A DNA stretch of 63,903 nucleotides, the filler included, from Polymyxa betae A26-41 (taxonomy: Eukaryota; Protista; Endomyxa: Phytomyxea): assembly GCA_003693705.1 (NCBI GenBank). It is 5 parts of 5 records of this genome, joined end to end, with 100 filler letters (N's around TTAATTAATTAA, not from the genome) between each part and the next. Parts side by side here need not be neighbours in the genome. Positions count along the whole stretch, not along the records: positions 1 to 18,667 come from RBZT01000742.1; positions 18,768 to 31,656 come from RBZT01000603.1; 3 more parts are not named here. One strand, 5' to 3'. Below, piece by piece: positions 14,291 through 27,090 of the stretch; position 1 is the stretch's first letter, and each line of letters begins with the position of its first letter. Under the pieces are notes generated by a model. That model worked only from the letters and a program-made list of their open reading frames with translations. It was not told where the DNA came from and searched no databases. The translations under genes and the position numbers were made by a program.

Positions 14291-15757
14291 ATGAGCTTGG
14301 TAGTGAAGAGGCCTTCAGAAGCGCATGGCCCGGATACAGCACTCATCAAACGTCAGAAGACCGACAATGAACTTGGCACTGTTCTGGTAAGGGCAGCATC
14401 GTGGTTCGTTATCGCCATCATACTCAACGATTTCAGCAACCCGCACGAACGTCTTCGTTGCCGGCACCGACGATGTTGCTGACCGGTCATGGTGCTGCCG
14501 TCAACGTTAATAGGTTAGGTTTCCCTGTCTGGAAGCTATCGATGTTAAATTCCTACAGGTTCAACGGAGATGGATCGGTCTTGGCTTCGGGCTCATTCGA
14601 TAAACAGATTTGTACGGTGAATATCATAGCAATGGCTTGCCTATACCTCGATTCCGAACTTAACTTCGTATAGTTCTGTGGAGAATATCGGATCAATGTG
14701 AGAATTTCATGGCCTTGAAGGGACATCACGGATCCGTCCTCGAGCTATCCTGGGCCTCTGATTACGAGTACCGTGCTGTGCTATGCTTTCTCATCTTTTA
14801 TATCTACTTCTCTCTTTTACTTGGGTTTCTTTGTTTTTGAGTGATCATTTCGATTTTGTTCTGTTTTTCAGTCCTTTCTCATCTAACTGGAATGTTTTCG
14901 CAGGCGTATATACTCTGCGGGATCTGATAAAGTTATTACGATATGGGACGTGAAAGTCGGGTACCAGATCAAGAAGCTTAGGAATCACAAGTCCTATGTC
15001 AACACATGCTGTGCTTCCAGGGAGAATCCCAACGTACACTATTCATGTATACATAGAGCAATATGCTAACACCTCACATTTTAGGTATTCGCAACTGGCA
15101 GCGATGATTGTACCGTCCTATTCTGGGATGCTCGAGCAAAGGATCCTCAGATTGAGCTCGACCTGCATTTACCAGTGACATCAGTGGCATTAGCCAAAGA
15201 CGACTTGACTGTTTTCGTGGGCGGCGTCGATTCGGCCGTGACCGGTTGGGATCTTCGCAATGCTTCTCGGACCTACGTTGGTGTCCCATCTAATTATGAT
15301 ATTCGCTGAATCTCGATTAGGAGTTGCAAGGCGTTCAGGATATGACAACTGGATTGTCGTTATCGCCGGACGGTGCCCATTTGCTTGTCAACTCCATGGA
15401 TAACACGTTGCGCTGCTTTGATGTTCGCCCGTACTGTCCCGATAATCGCCTCATGAAACAGTTCTTCGGTATGTTTGTATTAGAAGCAATGCTTCTGCGC
15501 CTTGATGGTATTTCCTAGGTGCAACACACGATTTCGAGAAGAATCTGTTGCGATGCGCCTGGAACTATGATGGGTCCAAGGTGACGGCAGGTTCCGCCGA
15601 TCGCATCGTTCACGTCTGGGATGTGGCATCATGTCGTATTCTGTATAAGCTGCCAGGACATAAAGGGTCTGTCAACGATGTGGCATTCCATCCAGTGGAG
15701 CCGATCGTGGCATCAGCTAGTAGCGACGAAACCATCTTTGTTGGAGAACTTAATTAA
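14291..15757 (+). CDS. SNRNP40: U5 snRNP 40 kDa WD40 protein
   Basis: Spliced motifs RTSSLPAPTMLLTGH, LASGSFDKQI, NSMDNTLRCFDVRPY, HDFEKNLLRCAW, ILYKLPGHKGSVNDVAFHPVEPIVASASSDETIFVGEL are diagnostic of SNRNP40/WDR57. Confidence 0.95.
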
Positions 15758-18404
15758 TACATATTTTACTGTCTTTCGTCTTTGTCTGTTTTTCTTTCTT
15801 GAAATTCTGATTGCGTTTTCTTCAGGGGATTCTAGACATAACAGTATCGATATGGGAAATGTGCGTACAGTACACATAATTTCCTTGCGACATAATTCGC
15901 AAAACGAAGTGCAGAGACGTTTTCCTGCAGTTCTGTGATGCCAGATGCTGCAAACGCAAGCGAGAAACTCTGAAGCTATAAATCGTTTCCGAGTACAACA
16001 AGTAATCAGATCATTATGTATAGCACAGGTCAACAATTTGGAAGATTTGAGACGTGTGCTATACGCAACGGTAGCGCGAAAACTGAAAATGGCTTTCACG
16101 TCCTGGACAGTTCGATTCCAGAAAACCATCATCTCAATCGCGACAGAATCCGTCAAGTTCAGTTTCTACGCTCTATCATTCTGCTTCTCTCATTCAAATT
16201 ATCGCTGCATTTAGTGAAAAAATCACGATTTCAAGCTACGTGGGTTTCCGCTATTAGAAATCAGGGTCAGATAATGTGGTTGGGATCCGGCTCGGCATGC
16301 GATCATTGAATCGAACTGCTGGAGTAATTGTTCACTAATTATTTGCGTCAAGACAAAGTTATGGCCGTTATAGAATCTTGCCTGGAGTCTTGACTTCTTC
16401 CTGGATCCAATACCACCATCGTCGAAATGCTCATATCCGTCGATACTGCTGTATATTTCACAATCGTATTGAAGATGATCACGTCAAACTGCCGATCATC
16501 AGCGCAGACCTATATCACATTTAGCAACCAGCTCAGAAGAAATCATTCCCCGATGTTCTTGCCCAATTTTCGAATTCTCGCAGTGCTTGTCGCATATCGC
16601 TTTCTTCGAGCTCGGATTGTATTGTAGCGACAACATTAACGGCCCAGTGCGTGTATCGAATTGCATCAGATACGATGACCTCCATTGACGATATCGATCT
16701 ATGATCGCCAATAGAGGATTTGCTACATTCATTTGTTGGTTGGTCCTCGAGTTTATTTGTGATCGATTTGGTATCGTCAGAAATGGGCTCGGCTTTCAAT
16801 TCTGAGAGGCATTAACTTTCAATGAGTAACCATACTGGCATGAATACTGACGATTTTCAACTTTAGTCTCATCTAACAAAGCAATTCCATCTGGAATAAA
16901 TAAAGGATTTGCAACTGTGCCACCAGGATCAGACTTAAAGGGTTCTTCAAGAGAAATCCCAGCAGAACATGATCGGCTTTCATCAGAAAGGGTCTGAGTC
17001 ATCCCCATTTCGACATTGGGTTCAATATTGAATGCTAACAGCAGGAAATCAATACTGCTTCTCAATGTCAAACAGAATTGGCACTTACATGTCTGAATGG
17101 TTTGCAGCCAGGATTCGAGATCGGATTGTTGCTCGAAATAGAATTCTATGCATTCAACAGAAACGTCAGTGCCGATTGCTGAAGCCCTTTTCCGCAATTC
17201 ATTTAAAGGCGATAATAGTTGCCTGCGTTCACACCTCTAAGCAATACGTTGAGACACATTCAAAGCGACCACCAACTTTGATTCGGGACGCGACCGCTGC
17301 CATCTTAGCCCGTAATAATGGGAGTCACAAAGGACTATGTCTTTTCTCAGCAGAACGCTGTCCTTACTTGGTTCATCCATTAGTTTTCGGATTGCAAGTT
17401 GTTCTGTCAACAAAACAGCACAGTCGTTGAACAAGAAACAGTTCATCTGTTCGTGCTTAGAGGTTTTCGCTGCCTGACCATCTGAATCGATATATCAGTA
17501 AACGCAACGATTTAATTTACCGCCAATTTCCAACCATCGAATTTCAGAATACACTTGGCTAGAAGGTCGGATGCTCCACTACGGAACGTAAGCACTGGTC
17601 CAAATCTAAGCAGCTGCCGAAACTCCTTAAAGGGATCGAATTTCGATTGAGATGCAGCCAATTTTTGTAGGATGGCTTTCGCCTGAGAATCGAGTTAATA
17701 TCGCGCAAAGCACTGCAATCGTCAGCGATTTAACTTCGGCGTCTCGTTTGGCTTTGTTTAAAGTGCCGACCATCACTGTCATTTGGTGCAGAGTTCGCAG
17801 TGCCAAATCGAGCGTATCAGGCCATTGATGGGATTCGAAACCAGCGATAAGAGCTTTGATTAGAAGAATATAGCGAGGCGGACGTTGTATGGGCATAATC
17901 AAATAAGATGCAACCGATTGCAGAGGAAGTGATTTCTCCAGGGCCTGTGTTTACATTAAGATTGGTGAGACAAACTCTTAGCAGGCGATGACCAGGAAAT
18001 ATTGCCGATGACGGCCAGATTTCATTGAATCCAGCAAAGCTTGGTAGTGGTCAAAATTGGTGACGTATTGGGTATAGCAAGAAACGAAATCGATCTGCAA
18101 TAAACCATTACAGACCAGTTCTATTGCAGCGATTGCAGAAGTCGGTGATCGCTCGGTAAAATATTCAGATCGCAATGCATCGCATCTGAGTTTGATATAA
18201 CTCAAATGTTGATAGAAACCGGTTTGTAAACCTATTATGAGTGGCGAGGATCCAATCAAAGTTCATCAATAAAGCGTTCACTTGATCGATGATGGCGCCT
18301 GGCAAACGACAAAGAAGCTGCGATCGAAAACATTGAAGTGCCTCGAGGTAACTCTGTTCTGTAGAAACTAGTTCACGAATCGCATGCCAAACAGGCGATT
18401 CCAT
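15713..18404 (-). CDS. Dbl-family RhoGEF (DH domain, probable PH domain, Cys-containing tail)
   Basis: DH motifs AIRELVSTEQSYLEAL, CYTQYVTNFD, SYLIMPIQRPPRYILLIKAL. PH-like MNCFLFNDCAVL and EQQSDLESWLQTIQ. 3' exons uncertain. Confidence 0.8.
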
Positions 18405-18667
18405 TGCAGACTGGTTTCATTGCCATGGTCTTGTACTTGACGATCTACGAATATCATTAAGCATGGCCTAGCAGATTCGACGTGCTCAGTTCCGATATGG
18501 GGTCTTGGACTGAAAGTGTTAGAGCTAAGAGAGATATTCAGTCGAAATATACGAAAAAAGATTACACACTTGAAGTGTTTAAAAAGCATTGCGAAGGAAC
18601 TCCTTGATTTTACTTATACAGTCAGATTCAGAGCTTTGTTGCTGGTCTCGCGGACGAACCATCAAAT

Positions 18668-18767
18668 NNNNNNNNNNNNNNNNNNNNNNNNNNNNNNNNN
18701 NNNNNNNNNNNTTAATTAATTAANNNNNNNNNNNNNNNNNNNNNNNNNNNNNNNNNNNNNNNNNNNN
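18668..18767. other. Artificial contig-join spacer
   Basis: 100 nt: N run, TTAATTAATTAA (stops in six frames), N run. Confidence 0.99.
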
Positions 18768-21700
18768 ATTCGGTTGCTGACCGTGAACCTAGGTTCCTAG
18801 GGGTCGTGGAATTCTCATTCCTCCTCTAGTGGGCAAGCAGTGCAGGCATGAACTGCATACCGCTTTTACGTCTTCGGTACAGTTCTTCCAGTGAAAAACT
18901 GCGTCAATTTTTGCGCGCTGGCCTGTACCCGAGGTGTCCACTGTTTCCTCCAGCATGGGCGATTATACATAACCGGCATCTCATTTCTTCTGCTTCTAAC
19001 GGAATTATCACTTTTTTCTTATCTGTGACTATTAAACCGTCTTCATTTATTTTTCGATTGTCAATATTTGATAACCATTTCTTCTGAATTTTCTCTATTT
19101 CTTCTACTGTAGGCCATACAAACTCGGGGTTTTGTAAAGGTCAAATCCTCTGGTCATCTGGGACAGTTATTGTGCGTTCTCTGCGGACCAATCGATGCGT
19201 AGAGTTTTCTTCATCAACTGGTTTCGCTCCCCATCTTGTCATCAGATCGGCCCAAATGTTTTCTTCTCCTTTGATGTGCTCGATTTGGTAGTGAAATCGC
19301 TGCATGTAAAGGGCCCATCTTTGTAGCTTCTGAACCGTTGGCTTTGACACATTCGTTGGTGAAAAAATCTGTATTAGATTTTTATGGTCACAAAACAGTT
19401 TGAATGGTCGTTTCATCTGTATTAAATAGTCCAGCTTTTGCATCGTATCTTTGATAGCGAACCCTTCTTTCTCAGCCACACTCCAGTTCATTTCGCATCT
19501 ATTGAACCGGTGGCCAACGAATCCCAATGGGTCATGCCATTGTAACGATACTGGTGAATTTATGTCTTCAATTGGAATCTGAGTCACCATTCCGGATGCA
19601 CTCGATTCATTGGCGTCAGTAAACATACACTGCGCCATATCATCTCTTGGATAAGCCAACTTGACATTGTTAGCGATAGCTGTCTTCAGTAACTCGAAAG
19701 TGAGAGCATGCTGCGGGCTCCATCCGTACTTGAACAGTCTAACCTGCCTCGCAACACTTTTGTTCCTCGATGGTTGATCCTTCATGCTTAGTTCAAAGAT
19801 ATCCTGTAAACTATGAATTTTTTTGTTGTATTCGGGAATCGACCTGCTCATCCACTGAGTTGCCATCAAGAACTGCTGCAGGTCCCTAGCCGTTTTCGGT
19901 TGCGGAATTGCAAGCAGTGCCTCAATTCGAGCGGTGTCGTGTGCGACTCCGTCCGGTGTGAATATTCGTCCGCAAAACTTAACTTTACGGGTGAATAAAT
20001 CGCATTTCTTCAAGTTTAGCTTGATGTTATATTTTGCTGCAAGCCTTAATGTTTCTTCTAGAGTACTAAACCATCTCTCGAGTGAATTCGCGTACCCTAA
20101 TAAGTCATCAATCCATGCGATTAGAGAATCTTGTATTAGACTCTTGAAAATTTCAGTCATCCTCGCTTGAAACTGCGTAGCAGAGTTCAAGGCGCCTTGT
20201 ATGGATCTTTTCGGTGTGTACACCCCTCTGTCTGTCATGAATGAAAACATTTCTCGACATTCTTCTGCTAATGGCATCATCCAAAAGACTTTAAATGCAT
20301 CCAGTTTGAACCAACATTTGGATCCAGCCAAATTATTTACTATGGCTTCTAGGAATGGCATTGGCAATGTTGTGCTTTCAGATATGGCGTTCACGCCTCG
20401 CAAATCAACGCACATTCTTCTACTTCCGTCAGGTTTCTTCACTACGACAACTGGTGAGGCCCATTCTGAATTCAGGTTTTCTTCTACCAGATTGTTGGTT
20501 TCCAGCTCAGTGATGAATTGCCGTAAAAATTTGCTATCTTCTGTACTATAACGCCTATTTGGACATTTGTACGGTCTTGCGTTTGGTGTTAAACGAGTAA
20601 CAAACGGTGTGACTTTGGCAGGCGCGTCTGGGCCTAGCGTTATGCGCCATACATTTCGATACTTTCGTACGAGCCTGCTCAATTTCCCCGTCCATTCTTC
20701 TGGTAGGCCGTTACTTCTAGCAACTTCTACTAACATTTCCAGGCCCTCATCGATTTCTTTTCCATCTAGGCACTTTTTTATTGCCATATAATCAAAGTCG
20801 TCGAAATCTTCCGATTCAAATCCTTCTTCATTAAGAAGTCCTTGAGAGCCCTGAATATCATCTAACTTCGCCCGTTTTCTCACAATTAATGCGTCGAGCG
20901 CAGTTTTTGGCTCTATCCCAAGTTCTTCTAGAAGGTCACTCCCAAGAATGATCTCGTCACTGGGAACATCCCAGATTAGGCATCTCCGTTGCCTTGTGAT
21001 AATTTCACCGGCTTTTGTGCGCAGCCCGATATCGAGTATCACGCGCTCCGTAGCCTCTACTTCTGTTCTGTTATCCCCCAATCTGAGTCGAATAGGCTCT
21101 CTTAGCCGAGCTCCGTCTTGATTGTGGGGTCGTTCCGGATGGCCAGCTGCGCTATCCGAAGCGGGATCAGCGACATGTCCGTGGCTCCACTGTCAAGTAT
21201 TCCAGGGACATACAGGCCTTCACTAATTTTCACATCTATCTGGCGACTTTCGTCTGGTCCACTACCAATTCTGCAGACCAAAAGGTAATTGGAATTTTTC
21301 TTGTTGTATGTATTATCGTGCTTCTTGAGAAGCGTGTGAACTTCTTCTTTGGTTAGGCCTTCTGGACATTTGAAACATCCATGGCCATATTTCTTACATT
21401 TAAAACACAGCGTGTTGGAGCGGTCTGGCATGCTGCTCTTCGCTTCGCCTTTCGCCTTCTTCATCTCCTTTTTCATCATCAATCGGGCGCTTACGGTAAT
21501 TCTTCTTCTTTTTCTTCTCGTCAGCGTCATCTGCCTTGTTCAGCGTCCGTGATTCTTCATGGTTCACAGTTTTTCGCGTAGTAACAGCAGAAAAGCCGTG
21601 GGCTGTTTCGTGAACCGGGGCTCAATCTTCATCTTATTCTTAATGATCGTCTTCAACTCTTTCGGTTCGATTGCATTTACAAGAAACCGAATCTTCATCT

Positions 21701-22621
21701 TCTGCCCGTCCTCATCGGCAAAAAGATGCTTCCAACCATTGTCTTTGACAATTTTATTGAATTGGGAAAATAGGTCAGTGACCCGTAATTTTGGAGCTTC
21801 GATGCTCAGATTCATCTTCATCTTCTTCATCTTCTCTATTTGAGAGTCCTGCGACCGGTCATCTATCAAGGCAGTATTGATCCATGATTCGAGGTCTTCA
21901 TCGGTAGCGATTTCGGCGGAGATACCGAGATCGCATTCGCAGATCGTCTCGAGCATAGTTGTCTCGATCATCGACACCAATGAACGTGGCCTACCTGCAG
22001 TGTTGGCATCGCGAAAATTACGCAAGTAACGTTCCCGGTTTTCAACGAATTTCAAGATCGCTTTGCGATCCAGCTTCCGCAATACTGGGGCGCGATTCGT
22101 CTCCACGACGGCTAGGTCTCACGAGGCCATGCCCTGGTTTCCGCCGTTGGTCATCTGGCGGCTATGATTAGCCTCGATCTCATCGCTGTTGGGTGTATTC
22201 CGGCTATTGCCAGTACCCTGGTCGTCATTGTCAGTCTGCATTCGCTGACTGACTTTATCTTCAACGATTTGGACAGACCCTCGGTCTGCCATCCCGTCAT
22301 CTCAGTGGGTGTTTCATAGTCGTAGACTATTTGTTCGTCGATTTCATCATATAAAGGATCTTCATCCGATGTTGTCATCAAGGTAGCCATCTGACTAAAA
22401 GAATTCTTTGTAGCAATCGTCTCGATTCTACGATCAGATAGACGGGAATGAAGGTAAAATCAATAATGAATCTGTATTTCTATCATGGGAACTTCCAGGA
22501 CCCAAAGGCCGTCACGGTGTCCGTAGGACTCCGCGGGCGAATCTTAGCGCAGCTTCGTCGTAGCTTGAAAACTTGCAAACTGTTCTTGTATTTTCTTATA
22601 TTAAAGTAATAATTTGCTACA
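18768..22621 (-). mobile_element. Ty3/Gypsy LTR retrotransposon A (gag-pol, frameshifted, 3' part cut by contig end)
   Basis: Gag (21564-22390), zinc knuckle CFKCKKYGHGCFKC, protease ILDSGA, RT (WASPVVVV, MCVDLR, WIDD), RNase H (FTDA, FCDHKNL, ENIWADLMTR), start of integrase zinc finger (AHAGGNSGHLG). Order PR-RT-RH-IN. Indels and a premature TGA at 19141. Confidence 0.95.
22409..22621 (-). repeat. 5' LTR of element A (213 bp)
   Basis: Bounded by an 8-bp inverted repeat TGTAGCAA...TTGCTACA; lies immediately upstream of the gag ATG at 22390. Confidence 0.8.
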
Positions 22622-25134
22622 GAGCATGGGCTGACTGTGAATCCACCCAAGACGTCCTTGCTGCAGAACGAGGTCACGTTTCTGGGACACCACCTGAGCG
22701 CGGGTGGTGTTCGACCGGATCACCGCTTGGTGGAAGCGGTGGCTGAATACCCGACGCCGAGAGACAAGAAGACGCTGAGAACATTCCTGGGGCTTGCGGG
22801 ATATCATTGCCATTTTATCCCCGGTTTCGCGACAATTACGGCGCCTTTAACGGATTTAACCACGACGACGGCGCAATGGAGCTGGGAACACGAGCATCAG
22901 GAGGCGTTCGAACGCATCCGCAGACTGCTGACAGAACGACCTGTGTTGCATCATCCTGACTTCTCTCGTCCCTTCATCGTGCAGACAGACTACTCCAGTC
23001 GGGCAATCGGAGCGGTCCTGAGCCAGTGCGATGACGACGGGCAGGAATACCCGGTAGCATATCTCTCCCGGAAGTGCAGGGGGAAGGAGAAAACGTTTTC
23101 TGCGCGGCGAGGCGAGGCAGTGGCCATCCGCCATGCCCTAAAGAAATGGCGGTGCTACCTCGAGGGCCAACAGTTCATCATCGAGACGGACCACAAACCG
23201 CTAGAATTCCTACGCAAAGAAACCGACGATGCGCAACTATGTCGGATCTGGGAGGCGCTAGAGGCTTTCGACTACGTCATCCGGTATAAGAAAGGCGCGA
23301 AGAACCAAAATGCCGACGCATTGAGCAGAATGGACGAGTACGAGCACGAGGTGGGCCGACCGCTCCGGGAGGAGATGCTGCAGAGCGAATCAGAGACGGA
23401 GAGTGAGGATGATAGCGTTCCCGACGTGAACACAGTCGTGATTGGCAATTCGGGCATCGTCTTGGAGTCGGAAGCCGCAGCAGGTCTGAGAAGCCGCCAG
23501 CAAGCCGATTCAGTATGGGGGCCACGCATTATCGCGATTGAAACAAGACAGGATCTCGACCGGGCGAACGCAAGAGAGTTCGTATTGGACGCGCACGGGG
23601 TACTGGACACGCTGGTCTTCTGGGAGCCCACTTCGGAATCCCCCGCACCCTGGAACGCTTGCAAGCGGCAAGCTTCTGGCCACAGATGGCAAGCGACGTT
23701 CGGCGCTACGTGCGCAACTGCATACCATGTCAGCAAAACAAGCTTACCATCCCAAGAGGGCAGGGCTTAATGAGGGAGTTCACCGATTGAGACGAGTTCG
23801 AGCCATGGTAAACAGTCCATATTGACCATGTGACGAAGCTCCCCCGGACGTTAAGAAGCAACCAGCACGTCTTAACGGCAACCTGTCGGGCTACGCACGC
23901 GACCATCTTCATGCCCGTAAAGAGCCTGTCAGCGACGGAGACAGCGGACGCCGTGATTCAGAATGTGTTCTTGATCCACGGCTTCCCGCGGAAGATCGTG
24001 GCCGATCGAAGCACGTCGTGGCGCAACCAGTTGTGGCAAGCTCTGAGCGTCGTGTTTGGATTCCGGTTAGCAATGACTGTGGCGTACCGGGCCCAGGGAA
24101 ATGTCATGGCAGAACGGTCCCATCGGTATCTGAACGCATTCCTGAGGACGTTAGACGATGACGATAAGCCACGCTGGGATCGACTTCTTGGTTTTTTGAC
24201 GTTTGCTTATTGTCAGGGAGCGTGCGCGACCACGAAGGAGACCCCTCACTATCTGGAGTATGGACGCGACTTAAGAGGACCGCGGACCTACGACGTGAAG
24301 ATACCGACGGAACCCATGGCCAGCAATCAGTTGCAATACCGGGAGCAGCTCTGACGGAGACTGAAGGCGGCCCGGCACGAGGCGCGCGAACCTGAACCGA
24401 CGAGAGGTCACCTTTACGGAGGGCCAGCTGGTGTGGGTCTCGCCTCCGGCCACCGAGGCAGCCCTTGGGCCACAACCTTCCCGGCGACTCCTTCCACGGC
24501 TGACCGGCCCCTGGCGAGTATTAAAACGTCACGACGGCGCGCCCGGAACCTACCGCCTTCAGCATACCACCACGCAGCAGCGCGCGTCATTTAACATTGA
24601 TCAGATGACGCCGATGTACGACGGACACGAATCAAGCGAGAGCCAGGCCGTCTCTGATGGGGGGTCTACTGGGGATCAGTCCGTCCCCGCGCCGGAGCCA
24701 AGCTCGTCTGACGAGGATGGCGATACCGCTGGGGAGGTCTTCGGGTCCGGTTCTGATGACAGCGGTTTCGGATCGTACCACGCGAGCGACTTTGAGTCGT
24801 TGGAAGATAACAGCGACGGCGGTGACGAGGCGGCGACATTCACTTTCCACGGCCACCTTCCCGCTAGCGGGGCTATGGGGCGGCGGGCGACTCGAACGAG
24901 GGCGCGCTCGGTGCGTGTGCAGGAGTCCACATCACCTCCGGATCGACTCGTGGACTAGGGGGGACGTGTACACCTGCCGTGTGAGTCATCCTGCCAGGAC
25001 GCCACGTGATCGTGATGCTTTATTTTTGTCATTAATAGAAGCGATTATACTTACCTAATTCTCGTTTCTGCCCAGCTAGTGCTTACTTCAGGAGAAGACC
25101 AAAACTCACATACCCCGGCGCTCTCCTGCTTACA
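22622..25134 (+). mobile_element. Ty3/Gypsy retrotransposon B, 3' half (RT C-terminus, RNase H, integrase), degenerate
   Basis: EVTFLGH, LRTFLGLAGY, FIVQTDYS, PVAYLSRK, IETDHKPL, NQNADALSR; integrase HGFPRKIVADR, AYRAQGNVMAER, LTGPWRV. Purine tract AGGGGGGAC precedes the LTR. Stops and frameshifts present. Confidence 0.92.
24967..25134 (+). repeat. Putative 3' LTR of element B (168 bp)
   Basis: Starts TGTA just after the polypurine tract and ends TACA; no partner LTR in the window. Confidence 0.65.
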
Positions 25135-26868
25135 TTATTTTGTTCAAGTCCGTTCGTAACCAATTGTGAATCAGCTCTTAGCTCTGGAGTTGGCTTTCAT
25201 TTAGCGATCTATTATGCGTTCAATTTCTTCAGCATACGGCTTAAACGATTATAACATGCGCCATATCCATTGCTGATATCGATGATGAACTTGCAAGAAT
25301 CGGATCCACTCGTGAATATCTTGGTCGAAACCATGAGGCGGGACACGAATAGATATATAAACAATACATTGCACCAAATGCTTTTTTATCTGCCTAAAGT
25401 TTTTCGACGACAGTTCCGTGGGAGCCGTTTATTGTTTCTGAAAATATTTAAAAGATGCGCATGGTAATCCAGAATTATCTAGCATGCAGAAAGTCGTTGC
25501 TGCATTCATGGAGCTTGCTTATGGCTGCCCGTTCGATACTGTTCAAAGATTGGTGAAACGCCTGAAGTAGTTCAATGTAAGATAAGAGAGAGCGGTTCTC
25601 GTCGCGCAGCCCGTTCCTGTCGCAGAAACTGCGTCGAAACTCCGTGACTCGATGTTGAGGATTTTGGCTTCAGGAATCCAAAAAAAAGTGCGCCGTTGGA
25701 TTTTGGCTCTCCATTGGGGAAGAATTTTGAGCCAAAAAAGTCCTTGGCTTTGGCTTTGTCTGCGCATTCGAGATGCTCTAACGTAGGTACCGGTACATGT
25801 AGAGTAAGTGAGCATTTGTTCTCAGGATCCGTAGACCAAGTATCTACGGACCGTGCGCCCAGATCCTTGTTCCATTTCGGAAGAGCAGCGATACTATCGC
25901 ATACGTGTTCACTTTTGCCGAGCTCATCTTCAATGCTCATGATAAGCTTTGGCATCGTAGAGAGAGGTTATATCAGTCCATCTTGCTCTATGCAGGCCCA
26001 CGATGGTCTTGAAGCTTGTAGTTTGGGTGCTTTCTACTTACATCAAACAAAGAACTATCGAGATACATGCAATTATCTTCAGAAGGGAAGGTTTCTGAAA
26101 TTCGTGGAATGTATTCGTGGGATAATATTGCTGTAATCAAATACATATGACATCGTCACTCCTGGAACAATGCTGGGGAAGCTGACATTCTGCTCTCAGA
26201 TAATAACATCTGTCTGACTCTTTAGTCTGCAGAACTCAGCTCTGCTGCTGCCTCGCATTAAATCGGAATGGTCAAATCCAGAGGCTACATTTAACTCGCA
26301 TTCTTTTTCGGCATCTTGGCTACTAACTCCATGGGGCGAGTTCAGAATTAGAAAAACGCTGAACAAGTCGTTAAAGAGACAGATTATAGTGTCAAAAACA
26401 AAACGTTGTAGTCGAACCGTTATGATCTTATCACTGGTGCTGATAAAACAATCCCGAACAAGAACGGATAACAACATTTACGTCAGAAGAAAGACAGCAT
26501 TGGTTATCTTCAGAACCGAAGCAAGGGTCATATGAGGATGATAAGCTGTCGCTTTCAGCTTTCGAGCTATGAAGAGAATCATCACGCCAAGCAAAGTTAC
26601 AGCCATATTGCTCCTCTGGTGGATATTGAGCGAAACAGTTGGGTAAAACACGAAAACTGATGTATCAATAAAATTAAGGAACGTTCGAAGATTTCAGCCA
26701 ATTGTAGTGGGCTATATTTCCAGGCCTCTGTAGAATTGGGGTTTGCCAATTCAGAGCAAAATAAGCTAAAATTGGTATATTCTGAAAACTAAAAAAAGCA
26801 AATCTGAAAGATTATTGTCAGTTGCCATCATATCCATATTCTGCAAATTCTGTATTACAGATTACTAA

Positions 26869-27090
26869 TCACTTCATTGAATGAATAATGTTGACCTGTT
26901 TCGCTTGCATTATGCCCTCTGACGAAAGGTCCGTTAGGGACAGACGAAACTCATCCTTCTCCCATCCGAGTACAGAGAAGTTAGATTCAACGGAGGACGT
27001 ATTAGGAAAGACAGAAACAAATGAGCCAGTAAAAGCTCTCAAAGACCCGAAACGACCATTCGCCACAGCCCAGCCTTGTCGACTGGTTGC
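26869..27090 (-). pseudogene. C-terminal relic of an hAT-like transposase
   Basis: FVSVFPNTSSVESNFSVLGWEKDEFRLSLTDLSSEGIMQAKQ resembles the hAT dimerisation motif (P.S..ER.FS). Confidence 0.6.

Noticed and set aside
18668-18767. TTAATTAATTAA palindrome recurring four times
   Set aside because: Always centred in a 100-nt N block; an assembly linker, not biology.
19141-19143. TGA read-through or alternative genetic code
   Set aside because: In-frame TGAs are seen in TEs and relics that are otherwise decayed; the TylF-like gene uses TGA as a normal stop.
25140-26610. Possible gene between element B and the Harbinger relic
   Set aside because: Short ORFs with no recognisable motif and no consistent splice model.
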